Below, in pieces: positions 47,850-63,827 of a DNA stretch of 64,000 bases. A model generated the notes under the pieces. That model did not search any database, had not been told where the DNA came from, and saw only the letters and a list, made by a program, of their open reading frames with translations. The position numbers were made by a program, and so were the translations under genes. Origin of the DNA: the human T2T-CHM13v2.0 reference genome, Homo sapiens. How positions within the stretch are numbered: position 1 is the stretch's first letter; each line of letters starts with the position of its first letter. Where the stretch lies: NCBI RefSeq assembly GCF_009914755.1, contig NC_060926.1. The stretch is one strand, 5' to 3'.

Positions 47850-49500
47850 ATAAAAAAAAGTAGCAGAAAGTCAAAAGGAAAAATGTTTTTAAAAAAGCAA
47901 CATTTAAGATTAAAAGGGAGATGTTGGAGATAAGGAAATATTATAGGAAATCCAATAATGCAAGTACAAAATTAAAATCTATAATTGATACAGTGAAAAA
48001 AAACAGTTGTCATTTTCAAATATTGAATTCTTGATGGGAAAGACAAATTTGAGACATCTAGATAAATTCACAGAGATAAATATTTAAGTGAAAATACAAT
48101 ATGGAAGAAGCTTACTGAATTATAAAATGACTAAATACACTAGAATAAAGGAAGTTATCAAAGATATAATTTTTGACTCTACCTAACTAATGAAAATATT
48201 GCACAAGAAAAGTTTTTTAAAAAAGCATATTATCAGAAAAATTAGGGAGAATACCCATTTTTAGACATATTCTGGATATTTTTAATATTTAATAACTATA
48301 CTCATTTGAGCTCAAGACAGGAAACTAAAGCTGTATACAAAGAAAAGAATCACACTGACTTCACACCCCTCTATAGGACCAAGTTTTACAAGAAATTTGT
48401 GTTATAAATTTCTGAGTTTTGAGCGACAAAGATTAGAAAAGAAAAAATTTAGAATCATGAAAGTTTCCTTTCATGTACAAAAGAAAGTTAACAATATTGT
48501 CACTTAAACAGGAGCAAAAATAAATTGTTCCAGTACCATATTTAGTTGAAAACATGCCAATCCAACTAAAAATGAATCCATCAGTGTATCTTGATAATGG
48601 AAAAAAATAGTTGTAGATTACTTTGTGAGATTACTGAAACCAGTTAAAAATGTTACTTAAAAAAATTGTTGAAAATAGTAATACAAAGCTTGATGTAAGT
48701 GTCAAAAGCTATTCTTAAAATTACTTTAAAATAAATACAAAAAATCTTAATTTAAATCCCTAGATATTTACAAAATCTAAGAAAGCTAAGTAGCACCATA
48801 CGTTTGAGGAATATCTCCAACAGGAAAGACCCAGACCAAAAGAATGAAATGTTAATAAGCATCATCAAGACAATAGAAAGGATGTAGGAAACATTTAACA
48901 TTATAAAACAAACATAGGATGCTATATGGAATATCCTCAAAAGAGTCCTAAGAAATTAAAATATAGTGGCAGAAAGTTCAAAATCAATAGAATGATGGAA
49001 GACAAATTTGAGGAAACCTCCCGGACTATACAACAATAAGATAAAAAGATAGGAAATAGATACTTTTCAGGAATAACAAGTAGCAAAAGTTTACTCCCTT
49101 GAATATTTCAGGATAAGGACTGAGAGGAGATATACATATCTCTTAAGGGAATATATTGGTGCAGTAGTGATAAGTACTATAAGCAAAGGAGAAAAAAAGA
49201 GATAATTGTTGAATCCGTGGAGACTAGAAAGTTGTATGAAAAAGGAAAAATAGGCATCATATACTAGATGGTTTAACAATCATTAAAATTTATATGATAA
49301 TAACAACGTAAAGAATGACTATGGAATTAAATATGGTGATATGGTAGAAAATAGGTATTGGGCTGTAAAGTCTGCAAGCTATGTAAGAAAACAAGTTTTT
49401 TCATATTTAAAAGCCTAAGATAATATATGTGACCATATTATAAAGAAATAGGGGTAATTTATATGTTATTTATTTATATATACATGTATGGAGATAAATA
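47850..49500 (+). mobile_element. Very old L1/HAL1-like ORF1 relics
   Basis: A-rich with degenerate ORF1-like phrases (gatggaagacaaatttgag seen twice); family not resolvable by eye. Confidence 0.4.
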
Positions 49501-49532
49501 TGCTAAAGAAGCATACTAAAAGACTTTAACTA

Positions 49533-49843
<311 letters not shown>

Positions 49844-51453
49844 GAGAGAGAGTTTAACTACATTTGGGGAATAGTAATGTGGACAGGGAAATACTGGATG
49901 AGTAATTGCTATTTTTATAGAATTTATAGAACTACTTGATTTTAAAACTATAAGTATATACAATTTTGAGAAAAATGAAACATGAGTGTTTAATTTTCTT
50001 TACCATGCTTTTCTGGATTGTTACACTTTTCTTCAATGAATCTGGATTACTGTTATAATCAGAAGGACTATTAAAAATCTGAGGAGACAACAATTGTGAT
50101 TGAAAACATCTTACTATTGTGAGCAAATTATGACATTAACAAAGATGAATAATTTCTAAAAATAAGAAATATCTCGGTATTTAGGATGTTTTGTGAGAAT
50201 TAATATGTATATAAGGGAAAAGGCATTGTTCTTTATCAGTTATTTTAAAGACTGTCAGTAATCAAAATTTGAAGATTGATCAAAGTGAATAAATGGGTCT
50301 GACATCTTCTTAAGAAAAGAAACCATTTAATTTTTCTGTACACTTTTTAAAATGCTGAATATTAGTCTCACTTCATCAGTGTGAGGCATTTTCCTCTAAG
50401 TGGGAACAGATGGGTTTTATTACTAATTCAGAAGATTTTTTTTTCCCCGATAACACAGACTGACACTATAGATGGGATTTCCCAGGCTTATTTCATTTTT
50501 GGCCATATGTTTAAGAGAAATTATGCTTACTCATAAGAGACGAGAAGGGATGCTAAGTAAAAATGGATTTATTTGACATCTGAAACTTATCACAAAGGGT
50601 CTCTTACTATCCTAAAGAAACATCTGCTCTCCGTATTGTTCACTCAACTCTATGCTAGTTTGTCATGTGAAATACTGCTGCCACAGCTATGCTTTTTCCC
50701 ACACACCAGTAAGTATAATCATTACTGTCAAATGATATCATTAAATAAGTTTCACCCAAGGTTTCCTAGCTGGGCACAGTAGCCCTGAGGTTAAATAAGA
50801 GAAATTTGTATGGGTATATGTATGTATATATATATATATCTCCTAGCTCTCTAAAAATTGGAATATATGTGGCCTATCTCTCTAAAAGGATCTCCTATTG
50901 TACAAATTCTAGACCATCGAAGTATGCTCAACATGTAATACATGCTCAAGAAATTTTTAATCTTATTATATAAGGAAATAATTAAAATTTATCAATTCAT
51001 CAGTAAAACAAGCTTTTTAAAAATTTATTCTCATTCTTATAAAGTACAGTGGTGACTTCCAAATTCTACATTTATTAACCTTGATGTTAATCGTCTATTT
51101 TATGTCCTAAATTTCTAGCAAATGAACTGTGAATTATCCTGCTCTAATAATTTTCTAGGTTCTTATAATTGTCACAGATATAAAATATCAAAATACCTCA
51201 ATAATCCAAAATACCTCAATAACTGGAATCTCACTTGCAAGTAAATTGTTCTGTCCTTTGGATGTGACTCTATTGTTTCAGTTATTCATGAATTTAAGAT
51301 AGTGGTTTCCTTCCAGATTAATCATTCCTAGGTGCAGGAAGAGAAACTCAAAGAATGTAGAGACTGAATTGTATTTATCTGTATTGCATCAGAGCACAGA
51401 GAAGTAGCTAGGTTATAAAAAGTACCTCATATTTCTTAATTAAAAGAATAGGC

Positions 51454-51769
<316 letters not shown>

Positions 51770-53314
51770 TTATCTCTTTACTAGTTTAATTCCCAAAGGA
51801 AACAAGACACATTCAAGTGGTTTAAGTGGTACATAGGGGATTCAATAAATGCCATATTATAGTAATTCTAAGATAAGTCCATCTATGTCAGACCACAAAT
51901 AGAGAATTAATCATGTTTTTTGTTTTGCCCACTTCTCAGTGATTTCATAATTATCCTCAGCATTGTCACCAAAAGCTCAGGGAAATCTGCTAGCAGATTC
52001 TGTAATGTAAAAACATCTTGGCAGGTTTTGTGACAATATATAATAATGAGACATAGAAACTGGACATTTTTTGTCTTATTTTAAAGGGATGTACTAATTC
52101 TAACAAAATGGTGATTGCACATTACTTTGGCACTATTTCAGGACACTGTCTTTACAATTTTCAAAAAATCATTGAGAAAATCACAATGTATATTATTGTA
52201 AGTATGATTGATAATGCCAGGAAAGCAGTAAAGGAAGAGATTTGTTTTGCTTTGTTTTTTTCCCCAAAGGCATTGCTAAATTTTCTTTAAAGAAAAATAT
52301 CTTTGTTATCACATCAACCAGATATGACCTGATACAGAAAAATTCTACTTCTTTCTTCTTTCCTCTTTCTGATTATTGCTTTGTCGAAACTACTGCTTTT
52401 AAACCATTTGTAATTTTGCGGACTACTTCTGATTTTTCTGCTTGTATTAGATGTGCAAGTGTATGTCTGTGTATCTCCTTGGACTATTTGTCTGATTCAT
52501 TCAAAAGAAAAGTTTTTTGGGGTTCACTTTCAGGGAATTTTCAATAACTTTTAACAACTATAGTGAGGAAATGTATGAAAGACTAAAGGTTGGAGAAGCA
52601 GAGAGTTAAAAAAGCAAATGTTACTGACAAAACCACAAAAGCATGTAAATTTGAGAGAAATGGCAAACTAAATGGTCTTGCAATAGCTAACTAGGGTCAA
52701 TTTAAAACAAAAATTGACAGTAGTATAATCACAAACAAGACAATGAATTTCATCAATATATCACAAAACAGACTAAGTTAAAAGTGGTCATATTTTCCTT
52801 CTCTTATTATATTTTAAGTTCCCAATATTTTACAGAGCTTCTATATATACCTCAAAATGATTTTATCCTGTGAAATATAATAGTACTGATAGGCATTTAT
52901 GCCAATGTGATATATACATGAGTGTTTTCTCAGGAACACACATACACATCCCTTTTGGTAAAGAAAGTTATGTATCTTGAAACATAAAAGTAAAAAAAAA
53001 AATTCTATTTGATTGCTTTATTTCATAATTAAAGGAAACTGTACTTCATAATATAGGGAAGTAGGCAGTGCGGTAGAAAACATGCTTTTCCATAGACTGA
53101 AAATCATTATAACTGCCCTATTGAGAAAAGAGAAAGAGAGGCCCAGAAACTCACTGATTTTCTCAGCACTTCGTATCCTAAGACCAGAGTAAATCTTTAG
53201 ATATATACATTGAATAATATTTTAGATCATACATTGAATGATTATTCCATCTAACAAATATGGGTGAACTATAGGCCAGTACTGGAAATAAGGAGAAAAA
53301 ATAAGAGGGCTGGC

Positions 53315-53420
53315 TGGATGGATGGATGGATAGATAGATATTTCATATATATATATACACATACATACATACATATATATACATATATATACATACATAT
53401 ATATACATATATATACATAC

Positions 53421-53483
<63 letters not shown>
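53315..53483. repeat. Compound (GGAT)n/(GATA)n/(CATA-TA)n microsatellite
   Basis: Direct reading. Confidence 0.92.
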
Positions 53484-53529
53484 AATACAACATTATGGAA
53501 TCATCAGTAAGCTAGAAATTAAATTATAT

Positions 53530-53835
53530 CTATTGAGGTATTATTTTAATGTACTCATGATGTGTCACTGTGATTACATTAAAAACAAAAGAGCCTTTAT
53601 CTCTTACCATAATGTTAAAATATTTACTGATGTAATAGCCTGTTGCCTGGAATTTGTTTCGAAGTAACCCGATGGTACAGTGAGTGTATGTGTTGGGGGT
53701 GGGAGATTGAACAGATAAGCAAAATTGGCTGTATGTCAATGCTAATTGAAACTGATCCATGGGCCCAAGGATTAACAGAACTTATTTCTTTACTTTTGTG
53801 CTTATTTGAAAACTTCCATAATAAAACATTTTAGA
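53530..53835 (+). mobile_element. Old L1 (L1MC/ME) 3' UTR fragment
   Basis: aaatatttactgatg..cctggaatttgtttc and tgaaaacttccataataaaa. Confidence 0.6.
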
Positions 53836-54570
53836 AGTAACATCACACATTCATAAGTTAATATCTACTTATAAATTATTCAAAATTTAGTTTTTTATAC
53901 TTAAACCCATACTATTTTAAGTAAAACATTTTTATTGTGTCTTTACAAATTTCAGTTGGTTAACATTGAATAAAATAGCAATGAAAAATTGGAATAAAAA
54001 GTTTAAAAGGAAAGTTTAGCTTCTGGATACTTTGAAGGAAAAATATGGTCTTTTCACATTGATAATATAAAAACAAATTAATGGCCAGTAAACATATTTA
54101 ATGTCAAATTATATACAAAAGGAAGTTTTTCTGTTAATTTGTTTTAACAATTTCTAACAAAAGTTGGTATATTAGCCATTCAAAAAAGTTCATGTTTTCT
54201 AATGGCTTTATATACTGCAACAGGATAACAATTAAACAATCTTTGGCAATAAGGTTGTAAAAATGCATCATTATTTATAAACAATAATCATTTTTAATAA
54301 TTTTATTTTCTCATCCTGAATTTCCAAAAATAAAATAAATATTTCTTAAAATCCACAAAACTAGTTTTCCCACCTTTAATTTATCCAATTTTTTTCTTTT
54401 AAGTTTGAAAATGATGATAAAACTCTATCATGTCTATTGATATGACAGTACATTAGGATCAAATGTTTTTAACGCAATATGTCTACATTTATTTATTTAT
54501 TTATTTATTTATTTTCTGTCCAAGGTGGAACCTTGACCCTTTGGGGTTCTTTGCGGGTTCTGTATGAACC

Positions 54571-54899
54571 TTCAGTGAACTGGAACATGTGAGATAATAG
54601 GTTGTTTATGTACTATAAATCTACTTACAGTGAGCTGGAAATGCAGTAGGTAATAGGTTGTTTATGATTTGCAAATCTGTTCAGTGAGCTGAAAATTTGT
54701 CAGATAATGGGCTGTTTATGAATTCTAAATCAATATTCAGTGAGCTGGAACAATGTTAGATAATGGGCTATGTATGAGTTGTAAATCTGTTTTCAGTGAA
54801 CTGGAAACATGTTAGATGATGGGTTGTTTCTGAGTTGTAAATCTGTTTCAGTGAGCTGAAAACATGTTAGGCAATGGGTTGTCCCTAAACTGTAAATCT

Positions 54900-54932
<33 letters not shown>

Positions 54933-55170
54933 TGAACTGAAAATCTATTTAATAAAAGACTCTTTACATGTTATAAATCTGTTTTCAATGAGCATGAAAT
55001 GTGCCACAATAATAGGTTCATGTTGACTAAGAAGATCCCACTTTACTGAACTAGAAACATGTCATCTAATAGATACTTTATGAGTAGTAGATCTATTTTT
55101 CAGCAATTTAGACATATGGAATGATACTACCCTGTGTACATAAGCGTTGTAACTTTAATCTATTTTCAGC
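54571..55170. repeat. Degenerate ~55-56-bp tandem array, about 10 units
   Basis: Unit starts near 54571, 54626, 54680, 54736, 54792, 54847, 54928, 54984, 55042, 55099; T30 run at 54901-54930. Confidence 0.92.
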
Positions 55171-55779
55171 ATGGTTTTATTTGATGAATAAAGGTTCTAC
55201 TCGATTACAGCTAATGGAGTGGAAAGCTACTAAAGGTTTGCTTTTAGTGATGTGGTGCCAGACCAACTTTGCAGTGTACTGAGTTTTGTTAATGTTTAAC
55301 AGTTACCAAGATGCCCCTGGTACTCAGGAAATGCTGTAAAAATATATTCTGGCTTCAGTGGACTTATATTCAAACACAGATATGTGCTACATAAGAAACA
55401 GGAAACATTCAACACAGTAAATATAGAATGAACCCCACCTACAAATTTAACATAGGCTGAGATACAAAGGAAGGTACAAAGGAAGAAACTTGAACTCTCA
55501 CTGGGGAGACAACATGAGCAAATATAAAACGATACAATTTAATGTAAAAAATTTCCAAAATGCATGATCAAAGCCAAAAACAAAACCACAAAACTTTATA
55601 TTAGGGTTACGAGACTAGTGAGAAAAACAGGATGAGAGATAAGAAATAAATTTTTAAGAGTCAAGAAAAATAGATTATTTGGGGAGTAACACATTGATTT
55701 TTAATCTCTTCTTTAACTTTCAGATATGCAACTGTTTATCAATAATTTCATATTTGTTAATAACTAATATTTTTGTTTT

Positions 55780-56800
55780 CAGGCAATATTAGGAGAAAAA
55801 TGTATATTCTATCACCAGCCATTATTTAAATTAATGCTTACTTTTATCAATGTGATACATGCTTATAGTGTTTTTCAAAAAGTGTATATTATTAGAAATC
55901 CCTTACAACAACCTATCATTCACTAATGTCCCACTCCTTCCCCTCAAAAAAAAACTCCTGCTCTGCAAAAGTGTTTTTTTCAACTTTTAAAGTAACTTTT
56001 TCTGGGTTCGTCTTCATATTCATAAATAATGTGCCCATACCTCACTGGTCTTTATTAATTTTAGACAATGTTAAGTTAAATACCCATAGTTCTTTTTGCA
56101 TACTTCCAGTATTTTTATATGTCAATTTTTATTGTTCATTGCAGAGACAAGTACTGTACTATGATTTTGTTTACTTTCTTGTATTTTTGTGATTCCTGTA
56201 ATTAAAAACTATTTTTTCACTTGCTTTATTTTCTATGTACCTGTCTTTAATTCTTTATAAATGCTGTATAAGTTAAACACAAAATTATATTCCAGATGCT
56301 TATACATCATATAATCTATCAAAGCCATTTTTCTTCCAAAGAGCTCCTTTTCATATCTCCCAAACTCCCTCTCTGATCTGGACCAGGACTTTCCTGAGTC
56401 TCATGTGCAACTTTCATCTTGAAACAAAGTTTTGGTTGTTTATGTGCGTTATATGAGAGTCTCTTATATCCTGAAACTCACGTCTTTCTTTTCTTTGTTT
56501 TATGTCTTTCATTTACTAGATACACATTCTCCAACAGCTTTCAAAGAAAGGTACACCAGAGTTAAATATTTGGTAACTGTACATGTCTGAAAATGTCTGC
56601 ATTGATTGATAATTTTACCTGCTGTCTTTCCAATTTGTTGCTATTTCCCATTAGGTTCTTCCTGTCTTTTTGTGTTTTTTTTTTTTTTAAACTCTCATTT
56701 TTATTGCATTTAGAAAAGACAAGCAGATAAATGTATGCTTTTGTCAAATGTTTTCTTAATATTATTAATAATCATGTTCTCTCTTCTTCTGCTTTTGTTA
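55780..56800 (-). mobile_element. Old L1ME-like fragments
   Basis: T-rich; caatgtgatacatgcttatag and acatgtctgaaaatgtct resemble reverse L1M sequence. Confidence 0.45.
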
Positions 56801-57173
56801 ACTCCTAAGGTTTTTTCTATGAAACCCATTTGCCCTTCCCATTATCAGAGGCCAAAGTTAATTTAATCAACTCATAGACATACTTTTATGCCAAAGATAT
56901 TAAATTATGTAGCAATCATTATTAAGAAAATGGTGAATAAATAGTAAGTTACCTACTCCAGTTTATATCTGAATGTTTCTCAGTTTAGCCATTAATTTGT
57001 ACAGTCACTGGGTAAAGAGTGCTATTAAAAAACATGATAGGGATATAAAATGAAAAGCAGATAGGCCCAATTTTGTTATGGAGAAATTTCAACTAGAGTA
57101 CTGGAGGTCTATAGAGAATGGAATTACATTACCAGGATTTTGAGACTATGGGTCCACAGAGAAAGTTAGTTTA

Positions 57174-57555
<382 letters not shown>

Positions 57556-59192
57556 TCAATACTTATTAAAGTTTTAGGTTTGAAATCAGTTTGTTGTCTT
57601 TATTTCAAAATCATGTCATATGACATATGATACACACTAAGTATATCTCTGTTCTATGTTGTGATACACACAAAAAAGTTTAAGATTCTAAGTTGTATAG
57701 CATTAAAATATGAGAAATAAGCACTAAACAATTTATCTAATTGAAACACTTGACATAAGTCATCTGAATAATTACCTGAATTCTCTCTTTTATCATTTAA
57801 ACTCAAATATCGTGTTAAAAACTTGGAAGTAACTCTAACGAACAAGAATAAAGTAGCCATATGGAAATATTTAGATTAGTATAACTTAGAGTAGAAAAAA
57901 ACTAGAAGAAAGGTAATTTGTAATCAATAAGGGAAGTAATAAAACATGATATATCCATTATATATTACTACATATATATATCAGCTATATATATACTATT
58001 AAAAGGAAAAATTCCAGTTCACTTGACTACATTTGTATGAGGTATTTCTTGAGTGAGAAAATTAGAGATTGTAAAATGGAGGACAAAATAATCCACAGTT
58101 TTTATTTGCATAAGTATTACACATAGGTGTCTATACATGCTATAATTACAAATATTAAGGAAAAATTATTTAAGAATACATAGCTGGTATTAACACAGTC
58201 TTCCTTTGGATGGAAGAGGGTAATAATACAAGGGAACTTAAAATGATAGAAAAAGAAGTGAAGCAATTAAATTACACAAACACCAAACTGAATTAGATAA
58301 AGATGAAAAAATTTTAAATGTAGAGAACAAGGAACTAATTTGAGGTATGGTGAAAGGCCTGGAATTTACTAGTTTCCTGTTGATATTATTGAAAATATAA
58401 TTTCAGTGGTAAAAGAAGGCCATTTTCATTGGAATGGATATAATTCCTTGCACAAATAGAAAGAATTAAATAAGAATGACTCTGAAAACTGCACAATATT
58501 CCCTATGGCAAACCATTTTTATCTTGGCAGTGAGTATCTGTTTTCAAGTAAAATTCATGAAACATTGCCTTAGGTCTAAAATACAAAGTCTCAGAGGAAA
58601 CATCATTCCTTCTGACAGAAATTTAAAATTTTTTACACATATAAAGAGGAAATTGCCAATGGTAATCATTTTAGTGAGGCGCCTGCAAATGCTTTAGATT
58701 GCAAAAGTATTGATAACAGAAAAGTTGTAGGGTAGTAAATATTAATAACAATCTATTAGAGTAAATGTGTATAATTTCCAAATGGGTAAAGGGCTACAGT
58801 TAAGAAAGTGCACTAACTTTATTAAAATGCTTTTAAGTAAAACAACATGTAGCCTTCAGAACATGATTGAACAGCACACAAGAATTTCAGCTCAATGATA
58901 TGTTAAATTGCATGCTATATATAAAAATACCTGTAACTTATCAACCAACAGAGAATTTGTGTTTTTGGTATTTGACATTCTGAAATTCATTAAAATGCCC
59001 CCCAAAATTCCTACTAAGATACTAAAAATATAAAATTTGAGATAAATTACAGACTATTACAAACACACCATGTTGGAAATACACTGGTCATCATCATCAT
59101 CGAGTATTCACCATAGTGGCATACAGAAAAACTACAATAGTCCAGTGAATCATGCCAAGATCCACACATATCTGATATAAACAGAAGTTTAC

Positions 59193-60159
59193 TGTAGCCA
59201 GCTTCATCAATTATCTTAGCTAGACCTTCTGGAAAACTTACTGCAGCTTCTACATCAGTACTTGCTACTTCACCTTACACTTTTATTGTATGGAGACGGC
59301 TTCTGTTCTTAAACCTCATGAACCAATCTCTGCTAGCTCAAACTTAACTTTTGCAGCTTCCTCACTTCTCTCGGACTTCATAGAATTAAAGAGAGTTAGG
59401 GCCTTTCCTGGATTAGGTTTTAGTTTATGGGAATGTCGTGGCTGGTTTGACCTTCTCTCCCGACCACTAAAACTTTCTCCATATCAGCAAGAAGGGTACT
59501 GTATTTTCTTATCATTCGTGTGTTCACTGAAGGAGCACTTTCAATTGTCTTCAAGAACCTTCTTTTGAATTTGCGACTTGGCTAACTGGCACAAGGAGCC
59601 TGAAATCTGGCTTTTATTGCGTTTCAACATGCTTTCCTCACTAAGTTTAATCATTTCTAGCTTTTGATTTCAGATTAGGGACATGTGACTCTTTTCTTTT
59701 CTTTTTTTACTTGAACACTTGAGACTGCTGTAGGTTATTAACTGGACTAATTTCAATATTGTTGTGCCTCAGGGAATAAAGAGGCCTGAAGACAGGGAAA
59801 GACACAGGGAAGGACCGGCTGGTGGACCAATAAGAACACACACTGTATTTCTGACTGCTCATTTTGACGGCAAGTAATTAAGTTCACTCTCTTGAGTGCA
59901 GTTTGTGGTGCCTCAAAATGGTTACAATAGTAAGATCAAAAATCACTGATTGCAAATTACCATAACAGATATAATAATAAGGAAAAGACTGAAATATTGC
60001 AAGAATTACCAAAATGTAACAAAGGTACATAAAGTGAGCACATGTTATTGGAAAAATAGTGCCAACAGACTTGCTCAATGCAAGATTGCCATGACCTTCG
60101 ACATGCAAAAAGCACAACATCTGCACAGAGTAATAACGCAAAATGCAATAAAATGAGAT
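59193..60159 (-). mobile_element. Tigger1-type TcMar DNA transposon, 5' part with degenerate transposase
   Basis: Reverse strand gives WFMRFK..GEVAS-like transposase segment; terminal ctcattttattgc matches recalled Tigger1 5' end. Confidence 0.85.
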
Positions 60160-61632
60160 CTCCCTTCTATCTATCTTGAAGAAAAGAGTCATAAATTGAA
60201 GACATATTGTCATTTAGGAATTTCTCTGTTCAACTATTCTTTCCAAATACACCCTCCAAAAAAGATAAAGAAAAAAATTAAAATAATGAAGGAAAGAAAT
60301 CAATGGAAAATAATTTATTTTTTAAAATAGGAAAGCATCTTTTATAAAGTTTAATATCATTCTGATGGTACTTAAAAATGCAAAACACTAAAACCAGTGC
60401 TCTAATTTTAGACTCTTATCAAAATAAAAAATATTTCATCATAATATAAACAGGAACTTTTGAGAAATAGACTAATGAATCCATAGTTTGTCCAATAACA
60501 TACTATTTTTGTTCATCTCTATGCTTAATTTAGAAATATATTATAAAATAATTATATCCAACGTTCTTAAGTGCTTTGTGACATCTTTCCCTGATAATCC
60601 AATGTCATATTACTGTGTAGTGGCTTTAAACAAACAGAAAAACATTATAAAAAAAATTCTGATATCTGGAATGCCCTTTCTTTAAAAAGATTAATCTCTC
60701 TGAAACAATAAAATGCAACAATATATTGTTTCATTTCACTATAATTGCCACAGAGAAAAGGCAAACTTTAAAAATAATCACTTTTAGATTTAAACAACCA
60801 AATTAAGGCTATTTGATAGGAATTAATAATTTGTATCTTACCTTTAGAGATTAAAGCACTTTAGAATCAAGACCTGATTAATCATTTCTACTACTATTGT
60901 ACTAATGAGAATAGCAAGAAAGTTTGTTTATATGTATTACTCCAAGGAAGGTCATGCTATGACATAATTGCACAATGTCAAAATGCAAATGTTTCATTTG
61001 GACATTACTTTTATTCATAGAAATTTGGACGAAGTTGTCAAATATTTTTTTCTCCTTTGACACCTAAAATAGCATAAAAATGTGGTAACTGAAAAGTTCA
61101 CTCATATTTAATCATTTCAGGAGGAACTCTATTTCAAAGAAAAATAGTTTTAGAGTTCACATTGCAAAGCAGATTTGAATTTATACCTGGTCCAGTATTT
61201 TTCTACAACATAGACTCTATGAAAATAAGTAAACAACCATAATATTTGTAACTTCACAACACTGTTATCCCACCAAGTCATTCTTCTGATAAATAATTAA
61301 ATATGTTCCTAAATTTAAGTCTTAATTATTTTCCCTTTTTTCCATAGCCTATTTCAGTGGCCACTTGGGCCCATTTTCTTCAGCACATTAGAAATGTGTT
61401 CATTATTGCAGAGTTTTTGGGGAACTAAATGAAAACATATTTCAATTTCAAAGCCACATATGGCCAAACCTGAGAAAACAACTTTACATGTAGGTTGAAT
61501 TTACATGATGGCATATTCCCTGAGAAGCAAGAAAACTGTGTATGTCATGCGGCCAACAGGATCCTAAAACGCATGCTAGATTTTCATAAAGAGTTGTTGT
61601 TCTTATGTAACTTATCTAAGAATAATTTTTAA

Positions 61633-62076
<444 letters not shown>

Positions 62077-62104
62077 AAATTTTTTAATATGATCCATTTA
62101 TTAT

Positions 62105-62134
62105 ACACACACACACACACACACACACCACACA
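62105..62134. repeat. (CA)n microsatellite
   Basis: Direct reading. Confidence 0.92.
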
Positions 62135-63827
62135 AATAAATTGCCTCCCAAAATGTTGGGGGAGGGCATTAGGAGTCTCGGCTTTTGATGAGATGATTGT
62201 GAAGAAAATTTTAATAACCAGTACTGAAACTCCTCTGTCTTATGTAGTTCACTTATAAGCCAAAGAGTAAGCGATCCATACAAACATACAAGTGAGAATG
62301 TCACTTGGCCCAGGATTAATGTTTCATTATGATCTTTGTTATTACTTGAATAAAAAGATGAAAAGGAAGATATTTGTATGCCAATCTCATGCTCAGAAAT
62401 TGTAAAATTCAGTTAAGCATTCTGATGTAATCAAGAAACTAACATTTCCAAGGATTACTTTTAAAAAACAACTCATAGTACATTTTATTTCAAAATCTTG
62501 GCTTTAAAATGAGGACTACTTGAAAAAATTTTCCTAAAAAGTTGAATGTATTTGTCCATCTACAAGTTACCTGATAAGTATCTTGAAAAGAAAGTTGGTT
62601 TTGAGATGCATACGGGAAAACACCAGAAAGAAACTTCCTGTTCTGCCATCAGAGAATTATACTGTGTGAGGAATGAAGTCTCAAATAAAGCTAGCACACA
62701 TTCTCCCTAAAGTACCAAACTTCCAACTCTTTTCCCTTGCATTAAGGCATAACATTTTTTTAAAAGTGCCTTGCTCAAATGCACAGGACAGAACATACTT
62801 ATTATCATATTCTCAGCAGAAATTTGGCTTCTGAAGTAACTATTGTGTTTAAAATAAGGAGCTAGGAAAAAGTTTTCAGAAAGTTAGGCGCATTGGCATG
62901 CTGTGACCCTACGTAACATCTGCTTGCTGCTTGATGAGAGAAAGAACAATGTTGTTGTCCTCACTGTTACCTCCATGCCTGGGACAGAGCAGAAAAGAAA
63001 TAAATATTGAATAAATGCATGAAAAATGCAGCGCAGAGAATCCACTTAGTTACCAACTAGAAAAGGTCCATATATTCAGGTTTTTAGCTATGATAACCTT
63101 TGCCTTGATACCACCCGGAGACATCAGGCAATAGAGTTGAACCATTTAAGTTTCATTTACCCTGATATAAAACAAATGTTTACCTAAAGAGCAGTTGATA
63201 CATGAGTGCACACCTAGGTTTGCTAAGGCTCCAAGCTAGAATGACTGCTAATAATGTTTACTCTCTTCCTATACACCTTGGATAGTATTGTTGGATTTAT
63301 TTTTAAAATTCTGTTGCTCCTTCAAATAATTTTTCTGCTCTACAGACCACAGTATCTTTGGTCAACTGGAAACATTTGAACACTCCATGACCTTTGTTTG
63401 AATATCTTTCAAAATCCATGTGTTCCTTTTTCCCTCCAGTACATAACACTTTTCCTAGTTACACAGATATTTTTATTCTTTTTAGCACATACAATTCAGC
63501 TCTAATCTTTTCTCTTTGTCTGAGTCTCAGAGTTGAAAAGTGATTTCTCCATTCTCTCAGAATATACGCTTTTTTGCTCTGTAAGACATTAATTACATTC
63601 TGCCTTATTTTACAGTTATTTACGAACTTGGCTAATTCTCTTCTACTTTATAATAGCAAAAGTTCCTGAAGTCACAAATCATACTGTGTTCTTTTGGGGG
63701 TCTCCTTTATGAGGAAGTAGTGTTTCATAACCAGTAGAAACTCAAAAGGTATTTAATGACCTAAACAATACACATGAAAACTGAAAATTGAAATCAGACT
63801 TCTTGTAGCTTAGAATGTTAGAATATT

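Noticed and set aside
54571-55170. CRISPR-like look (conserved block plus variable block)
   Set aside because: The variable parts are homologous to one another, there are no cas genes, and the DNA is primate; it is a tandem repeat.
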